Below are positions 15,580 to 31,935 of a DNA stretch of 64,000 nt, in pieces. Below the pieces are notes generated by a model. The model worked only from the letters and a program-made list of their open reading frames with translations, searched no databases and was not told the origin of the DNA. Location of the stretch: contig CAWJMB010000002.1 in assembly GCA_963843845.1 (NCBI GenBank), forward strand, positions 3,040,001 through 3,104,000, given 5' to 3'. The position numbers were made by a program, and so were the translations under genes. Positions within the stretch are counted from its first letter, which is position 1. The number at the start of each line of letters is the position of its first letter. The DNA comes from an uncultured Gemmatimonadaceae bacterium. Lineage in GTDB: Bacteria > Gemmatimonadota > Gemmatimonadetes > Gemmatimonadales > Gemmatimonadaceae.

Positions 15580-15707
15580 GCGATGAGCGGTGAGGGGGCG
15601 ACGAGCGGCTATGCTACAATAGCGCGCTGTCGCGCCCTGTTGCTCCTCGTCGTGGACGGACGGCGTGGACCGACGGCGCCGACGCGCGCCGACGCGCGCC
15701 GCGCGTG

Positions 15708-16874
15708 CTAGGCGAGGTCGAGCGTCCGGCCGGCCAGACGCGCGATCAGCGCGAGGCGGAACGTCATGTCGGCGACGCGGTGCTCGCGGATCGACGGATC
15801 GCCGAGCGGATAGGTCGGCCAGTCCCACGCGCGCGTGGACGGCCCGAACGTCGCCGGGCGCCCCTTCCAGAGTCCGTCGCTATCGCGCTCCGCGAGCAGC
15901 GTGTCGAGCAGCCTGCTCCACGCCGCGTTCGTCTTCAGGTACCCGATCCGCGCGAACACCTCGAGCCAGGCGAGCGTCGTCGGAAGCGCTGCCGACTTGT
16001 CGGTCCCCGCGACCGCCCCCACGAGCGGGTCGCCGAGGACGAGCTGCGGCTGATCGACGGCCTGCTTGCCGAGGATCTGGCGGAGCGTGGTCGTCGTCGG
16101 CGCGGCGGCGAGGTATGTCCCGAGCTTCGCGATCTCGTCCTGGTGCTCGCTGCGAAAGCGCGGCATGTGCGCGAGCATGACGAGCAGGTGCGCCGACGGC
16201 GGCGCCGCGTTGGCCGGAAGCGGTTCCTTCGGGTCCGCAGCCGGCTTCGTCGCATCGCCGTCGCTCTGCTGCGCCGTCAGCGTCGCCCGCACGTACGTCG
16301 CGACCCGGTCGAGCATGCGCACCGCGGCCCCTCTGAGCCGCGGATCGGCCTCGTAGCCGAGTTGGGCCAGCGTCGCGGCAGCCGCCTCGCGGAGAACGAG
16401 GCGGCCGCGGCGCACGAGATACTCGTCATCCCCGCGCGTATCGCTCCGCAGCTCGAACAGGAACTCCGGGTCCGTGTCCTCCGCCAGCAGCCGGAAGAGG
16501 ATGCGCTTCGCGCAGAGGAACGGCGGCGCGTTCAGCTCCCACCCGTACTCGAGCAGTCGGCGCACGGCCGGAATCGTTCCGACGCCGGTGAAGTTCGGAT
16601 CGTCGGGCGGCGGCACGGAGAGAATCCGCGTTCCCCACGTGCCGTCGCGGTGCTGCTGCATGGCGAGGCGAAGGGCCGGCTCGTACGCGTATGCGGCACT
16701 CGCCGCGGCGCGGGTGCCGTCTCCCGGCGCGAGCTCGAGCAGGGCGCGGACGCGCACCGGCCAACTGCCGTGGTCGAGGAGCCACTGCATCGGCACCCGG
16801 AGCGGTGCGGCAGGGAGAGCGGGGGCGGCGGGCTCGGGCGCAGCCGGCGCGACGTTCTGAGCGGGAACGGTCAT
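15708..16874 (-). CDS. Hypothetical protein with QW-like (prenyltransferase/squalene-cyclase repeat) motifs
   Basis: Intact ORF with good codon bias; QQHRDGTW and RDSDGLW resemble QxxDGxW repeats. Confidence 0.6.
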   Translation of the reverse strand: MTVPAQNVAPAAPEPAAPALPAAPLRVPMQWLLDHGSWPVRVRALLELAPGDGTRAAASAAYAYEPALRLAMQQHRDGTWGTRILSVPPPDDPNFTGVGTIPAVRRLLEYGWELNAPPFLCAKRILFRLLAEDTDPEFLFELRSDTRGDDEYLVRRGRLVLREAAAATLAQLGYEADPRLRGAAVRMLDRVATYVRATLTAQQSDGDATKPAADPKEPLPANAAPPSAHLLVMLAHMPRFRSEHQDEIAKLGTYLAAAPTTTTLRQILGKQAVDQPQLVLGDPLVGAVAGTDKSAALPTTLAWLEVFARIGYLKTNAAWSRLLDTLLAERDSDGLWKGRPATFGPSTRAWDWPTYPLGDPSIREHRVADMTFRLALIARLAGRTLDLA

Positions 16875-17031
16875 GGCGGCGCAGAACTTACCGCGAAATC
16901 CGCTGCGCACCAGACGTCGCCCCTTTCCGGCAAGCAAATGTTTGCTCCGGGCTTAACGTCGTGCCCCTCGACCCGTCTGCTTCATCGACGCGCCGCGCAC
17001 GGAGCGCGGCCACGCAGCAGAGGGAATTTCG

Positions 17032-17556
17032 ATGCATGCAACTCGTCTCGCGGCGCTCGGCGCCGCGCTCACGCTCGGCATCTCGACGGCGATCGTCGCC
17101 CAGCCGCCGGCCGGCCGCGACCGCCCGGCCGCTTCGGCGACCGACACCACGCGGCGCGGCGACCGTACGCTCCGCAAGCAGGGAGTTCGCGACCGTGGCC
17201 CGCGCGATCGGGCGGTGCGCGCCGGACGCGGCCAGCGACGCGCGCTGTTCCAGAACGTGAACCTGACGAAGGCGCAGCAGGAGCAGGTCCGGACCATCAT
17301 GGCGCGCTCCGCCGAGCAGCGCCGGGCGCTGTTGCAGAACGCGCCACGCACGCGGCGGGACAGCACGGCACGCACGCAGCTCCGGGCGCAGACGCGCGAG
17401 CTCCAGACACGTCAGCTGAATGCGCTCCGCACCGTGCTCTCGGCGGAGCAGCGGCGCACCTTCGACGCGAACGTCGCGAAGGTCCGCGACCGGAACGAGG
17501 CACGAGTGGAGGCGCCGCGGCCGCACGCCCCACGGCGCGGTGTCCGCGCCGGCTGA
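17032..17556 (+). CDS. Spy/CpxP-like periplasmic protein (LTxxQ motifs)
   Basis: Signal peptide; NLTKAQQEQVRTI and VLSAEQRRTF. Confidence 0.75.
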   Translation: MHATRLAALGAALTLGISTAIVAQPPAGRDRPAASATDTTRRGDRTLRKQGVRDRGPRDRAVRAGRGQRRALFQNVNLTKAQQEQVRTIMARSAEQRRALLQNAPRTRRDSTARTQLRAQTRELQTRQLNALRTVLSAEQRRTFDANVAKVRDRNEARVEAPRPHAPRRGVRAG

Positions 17557-17598
17557 GCCAGGGTCGGCATCGAGTGGTCGAAGCAGACGCAGTCGTTC

Positions 17599-17635
17599 GC
17601 GCGGGGCGGAGATTCAGTGAATCTCCGCCCCGCGC
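17599..17635. terminator. 37-bp near-perfect palindrome after the Spy-like gene
   Basis: gcgcggggcggagattca-g-tgaatctccgccccgcgc: 18-bp exact arms with a 1-nt centre. Confidence 0.65.
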
Positions 17636-17718
17636 TGCGTCTTCGCCGCTTGTCCCCCGACCGGCCGGCGGCGATCTTCACCGCGTGAATCGTCGGCTGC
17701 GGACCCCAGGCTGACCGC

Positions 17719-18559
17719 GTGCGCGGCGAGTTCGTCGACCTCGGCGGCGCGCGACTGTACTACTTCGCGGCGGGAACGCGCGGGGCGGGCGAGCCGATCG
17801 TGCTGCTCCACGGCTTTCCCGACCTCGTCGCACCTCTGGGCGAAGGTGGTGCCGCTTCTCCCCGACGGACACCGCGTCGTGGTCGTCGACCTGCTCGGCT
17901 ACGGCCGCAGCGACCGGCCCGCGATGCGCCCGCTCACGCTCCGCGCGCACGCCGAACGCGTCATCGAGCTGCTCGACGTGCTCGGCATCAACTACGCGTG
18001 CGTCGTCGGGCACGACCTCGGCGGCGGCGTCGCGCAGGCGATGGCATCGCGCTGGCCGCAGCGCGTCTCGCGACTCTGCCTCGTGTCGTCGGTGGCGTAC
18101 GACGGGTGGCCGGCGCGCGAGATGCGACTGCTGCGCGCGATGCTGCCGCTCACGCGCCACCTGCCGCCGACGTGGCTGCTCGGCTTGCTCCGCAAGGAGC
18201 TGCTCGCCGGCTACACCGACCACGAGCTCGGCGCGCACTCGATCGACCGCTATGTCAAGCCGTTCGGCGACGGCCGAGGGGCGCGACGCGCTCGTGGCGC
18301 ACCTGCTCGCGCTCGACGCGGCGGAGACGATGGCGCTCGCGCCGCGGCTCAAGGACTCGTGATGCCGTGCGCGATCGTCGCCGGCGCGCACGACCCCTTC
18401 CTGCCGCGCCGCGGTCGCCGAGCGGCTGCAGGCGGACGATCCCGGACGCGACGCTCGACATCGTGCCCGACGGTCGCCACTTCGTGCCCGAAGAGTCGCC
18501 CGAGGCGCTGGCCGACGTCGTCACGGCGCTGCTCGCCCGCGAGCCGCTCCCTGCAATGA
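17719..18559 (+). CDS. Alpha/beta-fold hydrolase (epoxide hydrolase/dehalogenase-like, Asp nucleophile); frameshifted
   Basis: LLHGFP, VDLLGYGRS, GHDLGG, GRHFVPEE across frames. Confidence 0.85.
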
Positions 18560-18879
18560 CCGCACCTGCGAAGATCGACACGTTCCGCGACATGGTCGCG
18601 AAGAACCCCGAGAACCACCTCGCGCACTTCGGCCTCGCGAACGAGGCGCAGAAGCTCGGGCTGCACGCCGAGGCGGCGGAGCACCTGCGGGCCTACCTCG
18701 CGCGCTACGACGACGAGGGGAACGGCTGGGGCCGGCTCGCCGAGGCGCTCGTCGGCGTTCGGCCGCACCGACGAGGCGCGCGAGGCGTTCATCAGCAGGG
18801 CATCGAGGCGTCGCACCGCTTCGGCCACCCGAGCATGGCGGCCGAGATCGAGGAGAGGATCGAGGAGCTCGGCGCCTGA
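18556..18879 (+). CDS. Small TPR-like protein
   Basis: MTAPAKID…NPENHLAHFGLANE…GNGWGRLAEAL…GIEASHRFGHP; ATGA overlap with the upstream frame. Confidence 0.75.
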   Translation: MTAPAKIDTFRDMVAKNPENHLAHFGLANEAQKLGLHAEAAEHLRAYLARYDDEGNGWGRLAEALVGVRPHRRGARGVHQQGIEASHRFGHPSMAAEIEERIEELGA

Positions 18880-19041
18880 CCGACGCGCCGACCGGCCGCC
18901 TACCGCGCCGCCGAGTCCGGCCGGAGCGCGCCGAGGTGAGAGTCGCTGCTCGGTTTCCAGAGCGTCCAGCCGCCGACCACGTCGTCTCGCCCGCGATCCC
19001 CTTCACGTCCGGCGGGCGCACGACGCGTCATGCGCCGGGTC

Positions 19042-21467
<2,426 letters not shown>

Positions 21468-21523
21468 GAGCGCGGCGCGCGGGGAGGAGCGGAGCTGCTC
21501 CCCGTACGCGGCGCGGCGCGCGC

Positions 21524-23700
<2,177 letters not shown>

Positions 23701-23823
23701 TCGGACGAGTCGCTACGAGGAGGCCGGGCGCTGGCCGGGAGGGTCACACAAGTGTATCACCCCCTGCGATGCGTGAACAGGGACGCAGGGCGGCATCGCC
23801 AGTGAACACGGCTGGGACGCCCG

Positions 23824-23867
23824 AGGAACGCCGCAGGAACGCCGCAGGAACGCCGCAGGAACGCCGC
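23824..23867. repeat. Perfect 11-bp tandem repeat (AGGAACGCCGC)x4 in the divergent kinase/lon intergenic region
   Basis: Units at 23824, 23835, 23846, 23857. Confidence 0.9.
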
Positions 23868-24062
23868 GCCGTTGCGGCAGCACGGTCCGAGGCGTGTGAC
23901 AGCCCGGCATGTCGACCGGTCGGGCGACTCGCCACGATGGCGGGTCCAGCGTGTGCGGATCGTGCACTTTCGACGAATCAGCAACCAGAGGCGCGCCGTG
24001 TGCGTTCGCCTTTCGGGATCGAGTGGGCGGCTCTTACCGCCCCAAGACTACGGATGACCTGT

Positions 24063-26658
<2,596 letters not shown>

Positions 26659-26660
26659 GG

Positions 26661-26896
26661 GCGTTCGAACTGCGGTTCAGCCGCACTTCAGGCGCACTTC
26701 TGCCGCGGTCGAACAGCGGTCGAACGACGGTGATACGGAGCCGTGAAAGCGGACGAGAAACGGCGGTACCTACGGCTCAGCGCGCGTAGGTACCGCCGCT
26801 TCTCGTCCGCCGTGAGTCAAACCGTATCACCGCGGTTCACCCGCCGTCGAGCGGCGGCGGAACAGCGGCGGAACAGCGGCGGAACAGCGGCGGAAC
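26661..26896. repeat. Degenerate 11-bp tandem array interrupted by a ~105-nt inverted repeat, between convergent lon and PBP genes
   Basis: Six 11-mers 26661-26726 (e.g. gcggtcgaaca); hairpin 26728-26832; six more 11-mers 26832-26896 including (gcggcggaaca)x~4. Confidence 0.8.
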
Positions 26897-26909
26897 GAGC
26901 GAACCCCGA

Positions 26910-28982
26910 TCACCGCATCCCGGGATGCCGGAAGATCGACCACGCGTCGAACGCCGCCGCCCCGGGCTGCGTCCCGTCGAGGAAGTACTCCGTGTACCGC
27001 CGCTCCGCCGGCGTCGCCGCGTCGGCGGGGAGCCCGGTCTGGCGGTCGATCTCCATCGCCACGAGCCCCGCCGGCGGCAGCCACGGCGCCGCCTCGCGCC
27101 CGCCATACCACCGGCCTAACGCCTGGCCGACGATCGGCGCGGCGAGCGTCCCCCCGGCCGCGCCGGGTGTGATGGTCTTCGGCCGGTCGAAGCCGAGCCA
27201 CGCGCCCATGACGAGGTCGGGCGTCACGCCGACGAACCAGACGTCGACGTTGTCGTTCGTCGTCCCCGTCTTCCCGGCGATCGGGATGCGCGCCGGGAGA
27301 TACTTGCGCACACTCGTCGCCGTCCCGCGCTCGACGACGTCGCGCATCATGTCGCGCACGATGAACGCCGCCCGCGGGTCGAGCGCGAGCTGCGGCGGAG
27401 CGACGGTCGGCGTCCACACCGTCCGGCCGGCGCGGTCCTCCACGCGCACCACGAAGCGCGGCTCGACGGCGACGCCGAGGTTCGCGAACGTCGCGTAGGC
27501 GGTGACGAAGTCGAGCGGCTGGACGACCGACGCGCCGATCGCGCTCGACGGGTACGGCGCGATGGTCGCCCGGATGCCCATGCGGTGCGCGAGCGCCGTC
27601 ACGGTGTCGGCGCCCAACAGCTGCCACAGCTGCACCGCGACCGGGTTGCGCGACCGCGTCAGCGCTTCGCGCAGCGGAATGAGGCCGAGGAAGGCGTTGT
27701 CCGAGTTCTCCGGGCGGTAGGTCTGCCCGTTCGCGAGCGGGATCGCGATCGCCGTGTCGCCGACCGGCGCGTTCGGCGGAAGTCCGGCCGCGATCGCCGC
27801 CGCATACACGATGGGCTTGAACGACGACCCTGGCTGCCGCTGCGCGTCGACGGCGCGATTGAATGGCGAGTCCTGATAGTCGCGTCCGCCGACGAGGGCC
27901 CGCACCTCGCCGCTCGACGGCTCGACGGCGACGACGGCGCCCTGGAGATAGCTCGTCTGCCGCGCGCCGGCGCTCGTGCCCTTCGCCTTGGCCTGCGCGT
28001 ACGTCGCGTGCCGGTACCCCGCCCGCCCCTCGATGGCCGCCGTCTGCTCGGCGAGCGCGTCGACGGCGGCCTGCTGAAGCGCCGCGTCGATCGTCGTGTA
28101 GATACGGTAGCCGCCGTCGCGGACCGGCACGTTCGCGCGCTCCGCCTGCACGCGGACGACGTCGATCACCCAGGGCGCCGTCGCCGCCATGCCGCCGTTC
28201 GGCACGGTCTTCACCCGCTCGCGCGACGCTGCGTCGGCCTGGGCGCGCGTGACGTACCCCTGCTCCGCCATGAGCGCGAGCACGAGGTTGCGCCGCTCGC
28301 GGTTCCGATCGGCATGCCGGATCGGATCGTAGATGGCCGGACTCTTCGGCATCGACGCGAGCGACGCGGCCTCGGCGAGCGTGAGCTGCGACGCGGGGTG
28401 CCCGAAGTAGTGGCGCGCGGCGGCGTCGATCCCGAACCAGCCGTGGCCGAAGTCGAGCGTGTTCAGGAATGCCTCGAGGATCTGCTCCTTCGAGTACTGT
28501 CGCTCCATCTCGAGCGCCGCCTTCTGCTCGCGCACCTTGCGCTCGACACCGGCGACGCCCGACCGCTCGCTGCGATCGATGAGGTCGGGGTGCATGTTGC
28601 CGACGAGGAGCTGCGTGATCGTGCTCGCGCCGCGCGCGCCGCCGGTCACCGCGTCCTTCAGCGCGCCCGCGATGCCGACGACGTCGACGCCGTTGTGCTG
28701 ATAGAATCGCTTGTCCTCGACGGCGATGAACGCCGTCGGCACGTGACGCGGCAGCGTGCGGAGCTGCACGCTCGTGCGCACCTGGCGCCCGAACTCGCCG
28801 AGCATCGCGCCGTCGCGCGCATAGACGACGGTCGACTGCGGCAGGGGGATGATGCGCCACGCCTCGCCGGTCGAGGGCCGGGCGGGCTGCGGCGTCGGCG
28901 GGGCCTGCGCGCGCAGCGTCGCGCCGATGAGGAAAGCAGCGGTCACGCTCTGACGCAGTGCCCGCGATACGAACTCAGTCAT
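26910..28982 (-). CDS. Class A penicillin-binding protein (PBP1A family, transglycosylase-transpeptidase)
   Basis: EDKRFYQHNGVD, GASTITQL, RKVRE, YSKEQILEAFLN; SxxK GSSFK, SRN, KTG. Confidence 0.93.
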   Translation of the reverse strand: MTEFVSRALRQSVTAAFLIGATLRAQAPPTPQPARPSTGEAWRIIPLPQSTVVYARDGAMLGEFGRQVRTSVQLRTLPRHVPTAFIAVEDKRFYQHNGVDVVGIAGALKDAVTGGARGASTITQLLVGNMHPDLIDRSERSGVAGVERKVREQKAALEMERQYSKEQILEAFLNTLDFGHGWFGIDAAARHYFGHPASQLTLAEAASLASMPKSPAIYDPIRHADRNRERRNLVLALMAEQGYVTRAQADAASRERVKTVPNGGMAATAPWVIDVVRVQAERANVPVRDGGYRIYTTIDAALQQAAVDALAEQTAAIEGRAGYRHATYAQAKAKGTSAGARQTSYLQGAVVAVEPSSGEVRALVGGRDYQDSPFNRAVDAQRQPGSSFKPIVYAAAIAAGLPPNAPVGDTAIAIPLANGQTYRPENSDNAFLGLIPLREALTRSRNPVAVQLWQLLGADTVTALAHRMGIRATIAPYPSSAIGASVVQPLDFVTAYATFANLGVAVEPRFVVRVEDRAGRTVWTPTVAPPQLALDPRAAFIVRDMMRDVVERGTATSVRKYLPARIPIAGKTGTTNDNVDVWFVGVTPDLVMGAWLGFDRPKTITPGAAGGTLAAPIVGQALGRWYGGREAAPWLPPAGLVAMEIDRQTGLPADAATPAERRYTEYFLDGTQPGAAAFDAWSIFRHPGMR

Positions 28983-29019
28983 GCGGGAACATACACCGCC
29001 TGCGAATTACGTTTCACGC

Positions 29020-30858
29020 ATGTCGCGACCGCTGACGCTCGCCCTCGTGCAGTTCAAGCCGGCCAAGGGGAACTACGCCGCGAACCTGCGCCGGGTCGGC
29101 GAGCTGCTCGCCGCGTGCGACGCGCTGGACCCGCGCCCGAGCGTCGTTCAGCTCCCCGAGACGGCGCTCACCGGCTACTTCGTCGAAGGGGGCGTTCGCG
29201 ACCTCGCCGTCACCGCCGGCACGCTCGCCGCCGACCTCGACGCGTCGTACCGCGCGGCGGGCGGCGCTCGGGGGCTCGACGTCGTCGTCGGGTTCTACGA
29301 GGTGTGGCGGAACACCCTGCACAACTCCGCGGCGTACGTCACGGTGGGGGACCGGGCCACGACCGTGCACCACGTCCACCGCAAGCTCTTCCTCCCCACG
29401 TACGGCCTGTTCGACGAGGAGCGGTTCGTCGAGCGCGGTCTCGACGTCCGGGCGTTCGACACGCCGTGGGGGCGGGCGGCGATGCTGATCTGCGAGGACG
29501 CGTGGCACTCGCTCAGCGGAACGCTCGCGGCGCTCGACGGGGCGCAGCTCGTGTTCGTCCCGTCGGCCGCCCCGGCGCGCGGCGCGTGGCCGCGGAGCGA
29601 CGGCGTGCCGGGGCCGGCGACGGCCGCACGGTGGGAGCGCCTCGTGCGCGACATCGCCGAGGAGCACGGGGTGTTCGTGGCGTACACCAACCTCGTCGGG
29701 AGCGAGGGGGGCAAGAGCTTCGCCGGGACGTCGAGCATCGTCGGGCCGAACGGCGACGTTCGCGCGCGGGCGCCGGCGTGGGACGAGGCGATCGTGTCGA
29801 TCACCGTCGACCTCGACGACATCACGCGGGCGCGGGCCGACTCGCCGCTGCTGAACGACCTGCGCGTGGCGCTGCCGCATCTACTCGATGGGCTCGACGA
29901 GATCCGGCGGCGGGTGCCGGCGCGACTGGAGTACGACGCGGCGCGGACGGACGACGGCGCGGGGCTCGTGCGCGCCGCAGGTCGCGACGCGACGCACGCC
30001 GCCGGCCTCCGCATCACGCAGCACCCCCTCGCCGAGCACGGCACCCCGCCACCGCTCGATGTCGACGCGGCGATGGTCGAACAGTGGCTCGTCGCCTTTC
30101 TCCGCGACGAATTCGCTCGCCGAGGCTTCGGCAAGGCCATCGTCGGGGTCTCGGGGGGCGTCGACTCGGCCGTCACCGCGTTCCTCGCTGCCCGCGCCCT
30201 CGGCGCCGACAACGTCGTCGGGGTGCGGATGCCGTATCGGACGTCGAGCGCCGATTCCCTCGCCCACGCCCAGCTCGTCGGCGACGCGCTCGGCATCGAG
30301 CTGCGTACGGTCGAGATCACGAACGCGGTCGACGGCTACCTCGCGTTCGAGCCCGACGCCGACCCCGCGCGCCGAGGGAACGTGATGGCGCGCATGCGGA
30401 TGATCGTGCTGTTCGACCTCTCGTCACGCTACCGCGCGCTCCCGGTCGGCACCGGCAACAAGACCGAGCGGCTGTTCGGCTACTTCACCTGGCACGCCGA
30501 CGACTCGCCGCCCATCAACCCACTGGGCGACCTCTACAAGACGCAGGTCTGGGCACTGGCGCGCCAGCTCGGCGTGCCTGGCGTCATCATCGACAAGCCG
30601 GCCTCGGCGGACCTCATCACGGGGCAGACGGACGAAGGCGACTTCGGGATCAGCTACGCCCGGGCTGACGAGCTGCTGAACTGGCTGCTGCACGGCCACA
30701 CACCGGACGACCTCGTCGCCCGCGACTTCGACCCGGCGGAGATCGAGCTCGTTCGCCGACGGCTGGCCGGAACGCACTGGAAGCGGCGGCTGCCGGCGGT
30801 CGCGATGATCAGCCCGACGGCGATCGGCGAGGCGTATCTGCGCCCGGTCGACTACTGA
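29020..30858 (+). CDS. nadE: Glutamine-dependent NAD+ synthetase (nitrilase domain + synthetase domain)
   Basis: Nitrilase triad PE…RKLFLPTY…ICED; SGGVDS; NVMARMRM; GTGNKTE; NPLGDLYKT; KPASADL; QTDE. Confidence 0.93.
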   Translation: MSRPLTLALVQFKPAKGNYAANLRRVGELLAACDALDPRPSVVQLPETALTGYFVEGGVRDLAVTAGTLAADLDASYRAAGGARGLDVVVGFYEVWRNTLHNSAAYVTVGDRATTVHHVHRKLFLPTYGLFDEERFVERGLDVRAFDTPWGRAAMLICEDAWHSLSGTLAALDGAQLVFVPSAAPARGAWPRSDGVPGPATAARWERLVRDIAEEHGVFVAYTNLVGSEGGKSFAGTSSIVGPNGDVRARAPAWDEAIVSITVDLDDITRARADSPLLNDLRVALPHLLDGLDEIRRRVPARLEYDAARTDDGAGLVRAAGRDATHAAGLRITQHPLAEHGTPPPLDVDAAMVEQWLVAFLRDEFARRGFGKAIVGVSGGVDSAVTAFLAARALGADNVVGVRMPYRTSSADSLAHAQLVGDALGIELRTVEITNAVDGYLAFEPDADPARRGNVMARMRMIVLFDLSSRYRALPVGTGNKTERLFGYFTWHADDSPPINPLGDLYKTQVWALARQLGVPGVIIDKPASADLITGQTDEGDFGISYARADELLNWLLHGHTPDDLVARDFDPAEIELVRRRLAGTHWKRRLPAVAMISPTAIGEAYLRPVDY

Positions 30859-31039
30859 GCGGCGCGTCGCCACGGTCGTCCGTCGACGAGCCGCCAGGAG
30901 TCGACCGGCGCCTCGACGGAGCACTTGTACGAGCCGAGGCGTCGGATAGCTTCAGGGAACAACTCGTTCGCGTCCCCCCGGACGTGGCCGCCCGGCCGCG
31001 TTCGTCCCGCACGTTGTCCCCTGGTCCCCTGCGGCCACG

Positions 31040-31825
31040 ATGACGTTCCTGCCGCTCGTAATCGCCGTCCTCGGCGCGTCGACGTCGCTGCCGTCCTCGT
31101 CGGACAGCACCACGCCGCGCGTCCGTCCGACGACCCCCCCGCCTGTCGTCGCCACGGTCGCGACCGTGACCGGCGTCGCCCGCGACACGTCCGACGCCGC
31201 GGCGCCGGCCCGCTCGCTCGTCGCGCCAGCGACTGGCTTCGCGGCGATCGAGGTGCCGGCGCCGGTCGCCGAGCCCGCGGCCGCGCCGGCGGCCGCGATC
31301 GCGACAGCTGCGGTCGCGCCGACCGTCGTGCGATTCGACGACGGGCGCGTGCCGATGCCGGCGTGGGCGGTGGGAGCGCGGATGGGGCTCGTCCGCGCGA
31401 CGCACGCCGACAGCATCGTCGTCGAGAAGAGCGAGCACCGCATGTCGCTGTTCGCCGGCGGCGCGCGCGTCGGTACCTACCTCGTCGCGATCGGCAAGGG
31501 CGAGATGACGGCGAAGGTGCGCATGGGCGACAACCGGACCCCGGAAGGGCTGTACTACATCGACCGGCGGAACCCGAACAGCCGCTTTCACCTCGCGCTG
31601 CACGTCTCCTACCCGAACGCGGCCGACATCGCGCGTGCCAAGGCGCTCGGCGTCGCGACCGGCGGCGACATCATGATCCACGGCCTGCCGAACGGTCAGG
31701 GGTGGGTCGGCGGCGAGCATCGCAGCTACGACTGGACGAACGGCTGCGTCGCCGTCACCGACAAGGAGATCGAAGAGATCTGGCGCGCGGTCCCGGTGGG
31801 CACGCCGATCCGCATCCTGCCGTAA
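31040..31825 (+). CDS. L,D-transpeptidase (YkuD family) with Ala/Pro-rich N-terminal linker
   Basis: GDNRTPEGLY, SYPN, IMIHGLPNG…DWTNGCVAV (HxG…C). Confidence 0.9.
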   Translation: MTFLPLVIAVLGASTSLPSSSDSTTPRVRPTTPPPVVATVATVTGVARDTSDAAAPARSLVAPATGFAAIEVPAPVAEPAAAPAAAIATAAVAPTVVRFDDGRVPMPAWAVGARMGLVRATHADSIVVEKSEHRMSLFAGGARVGTYLVAIGKGEMTAKVRMGDNRTPEGLYYIDRRNPNSRFHLALHVSYPNAADIARAKALGVATGGDIMIHGLPNGQGWVGGEHRSYDWTNGCVAVTDKEIEEIWRAVPVGTPIRILP

Positions 31826-31872
31826 CACAGCGCGTCGGCCGCATCGCCCGACGCGCCACCGATCATCTCCCT

Positions 31873-31910
31873 CGGCCTCTCGCGCTCGCGCGGGGGGCCG
31901 TTCTCGTTGT
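31873..31910 (+). terminator. Putative intrinsic terminator
   Basis: 12-bp stem cggcctctcgcg/cgcggggggccg with two G-U pairs, 4-nt loop, then ttctcgttgt. Confidence 0.5.
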
Positions 31911-31935
31911 GCGATCACGCTGCCATCATTCGGCC

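Noticed and set aside
17719..18879. Hydrolase-TPR fusion protein
   Set aside because: In-frame continuity occurs in an indel-rich stretch, and an ATGA overlap at 18556-18559 fits two coupled genes; not resolvable without reads
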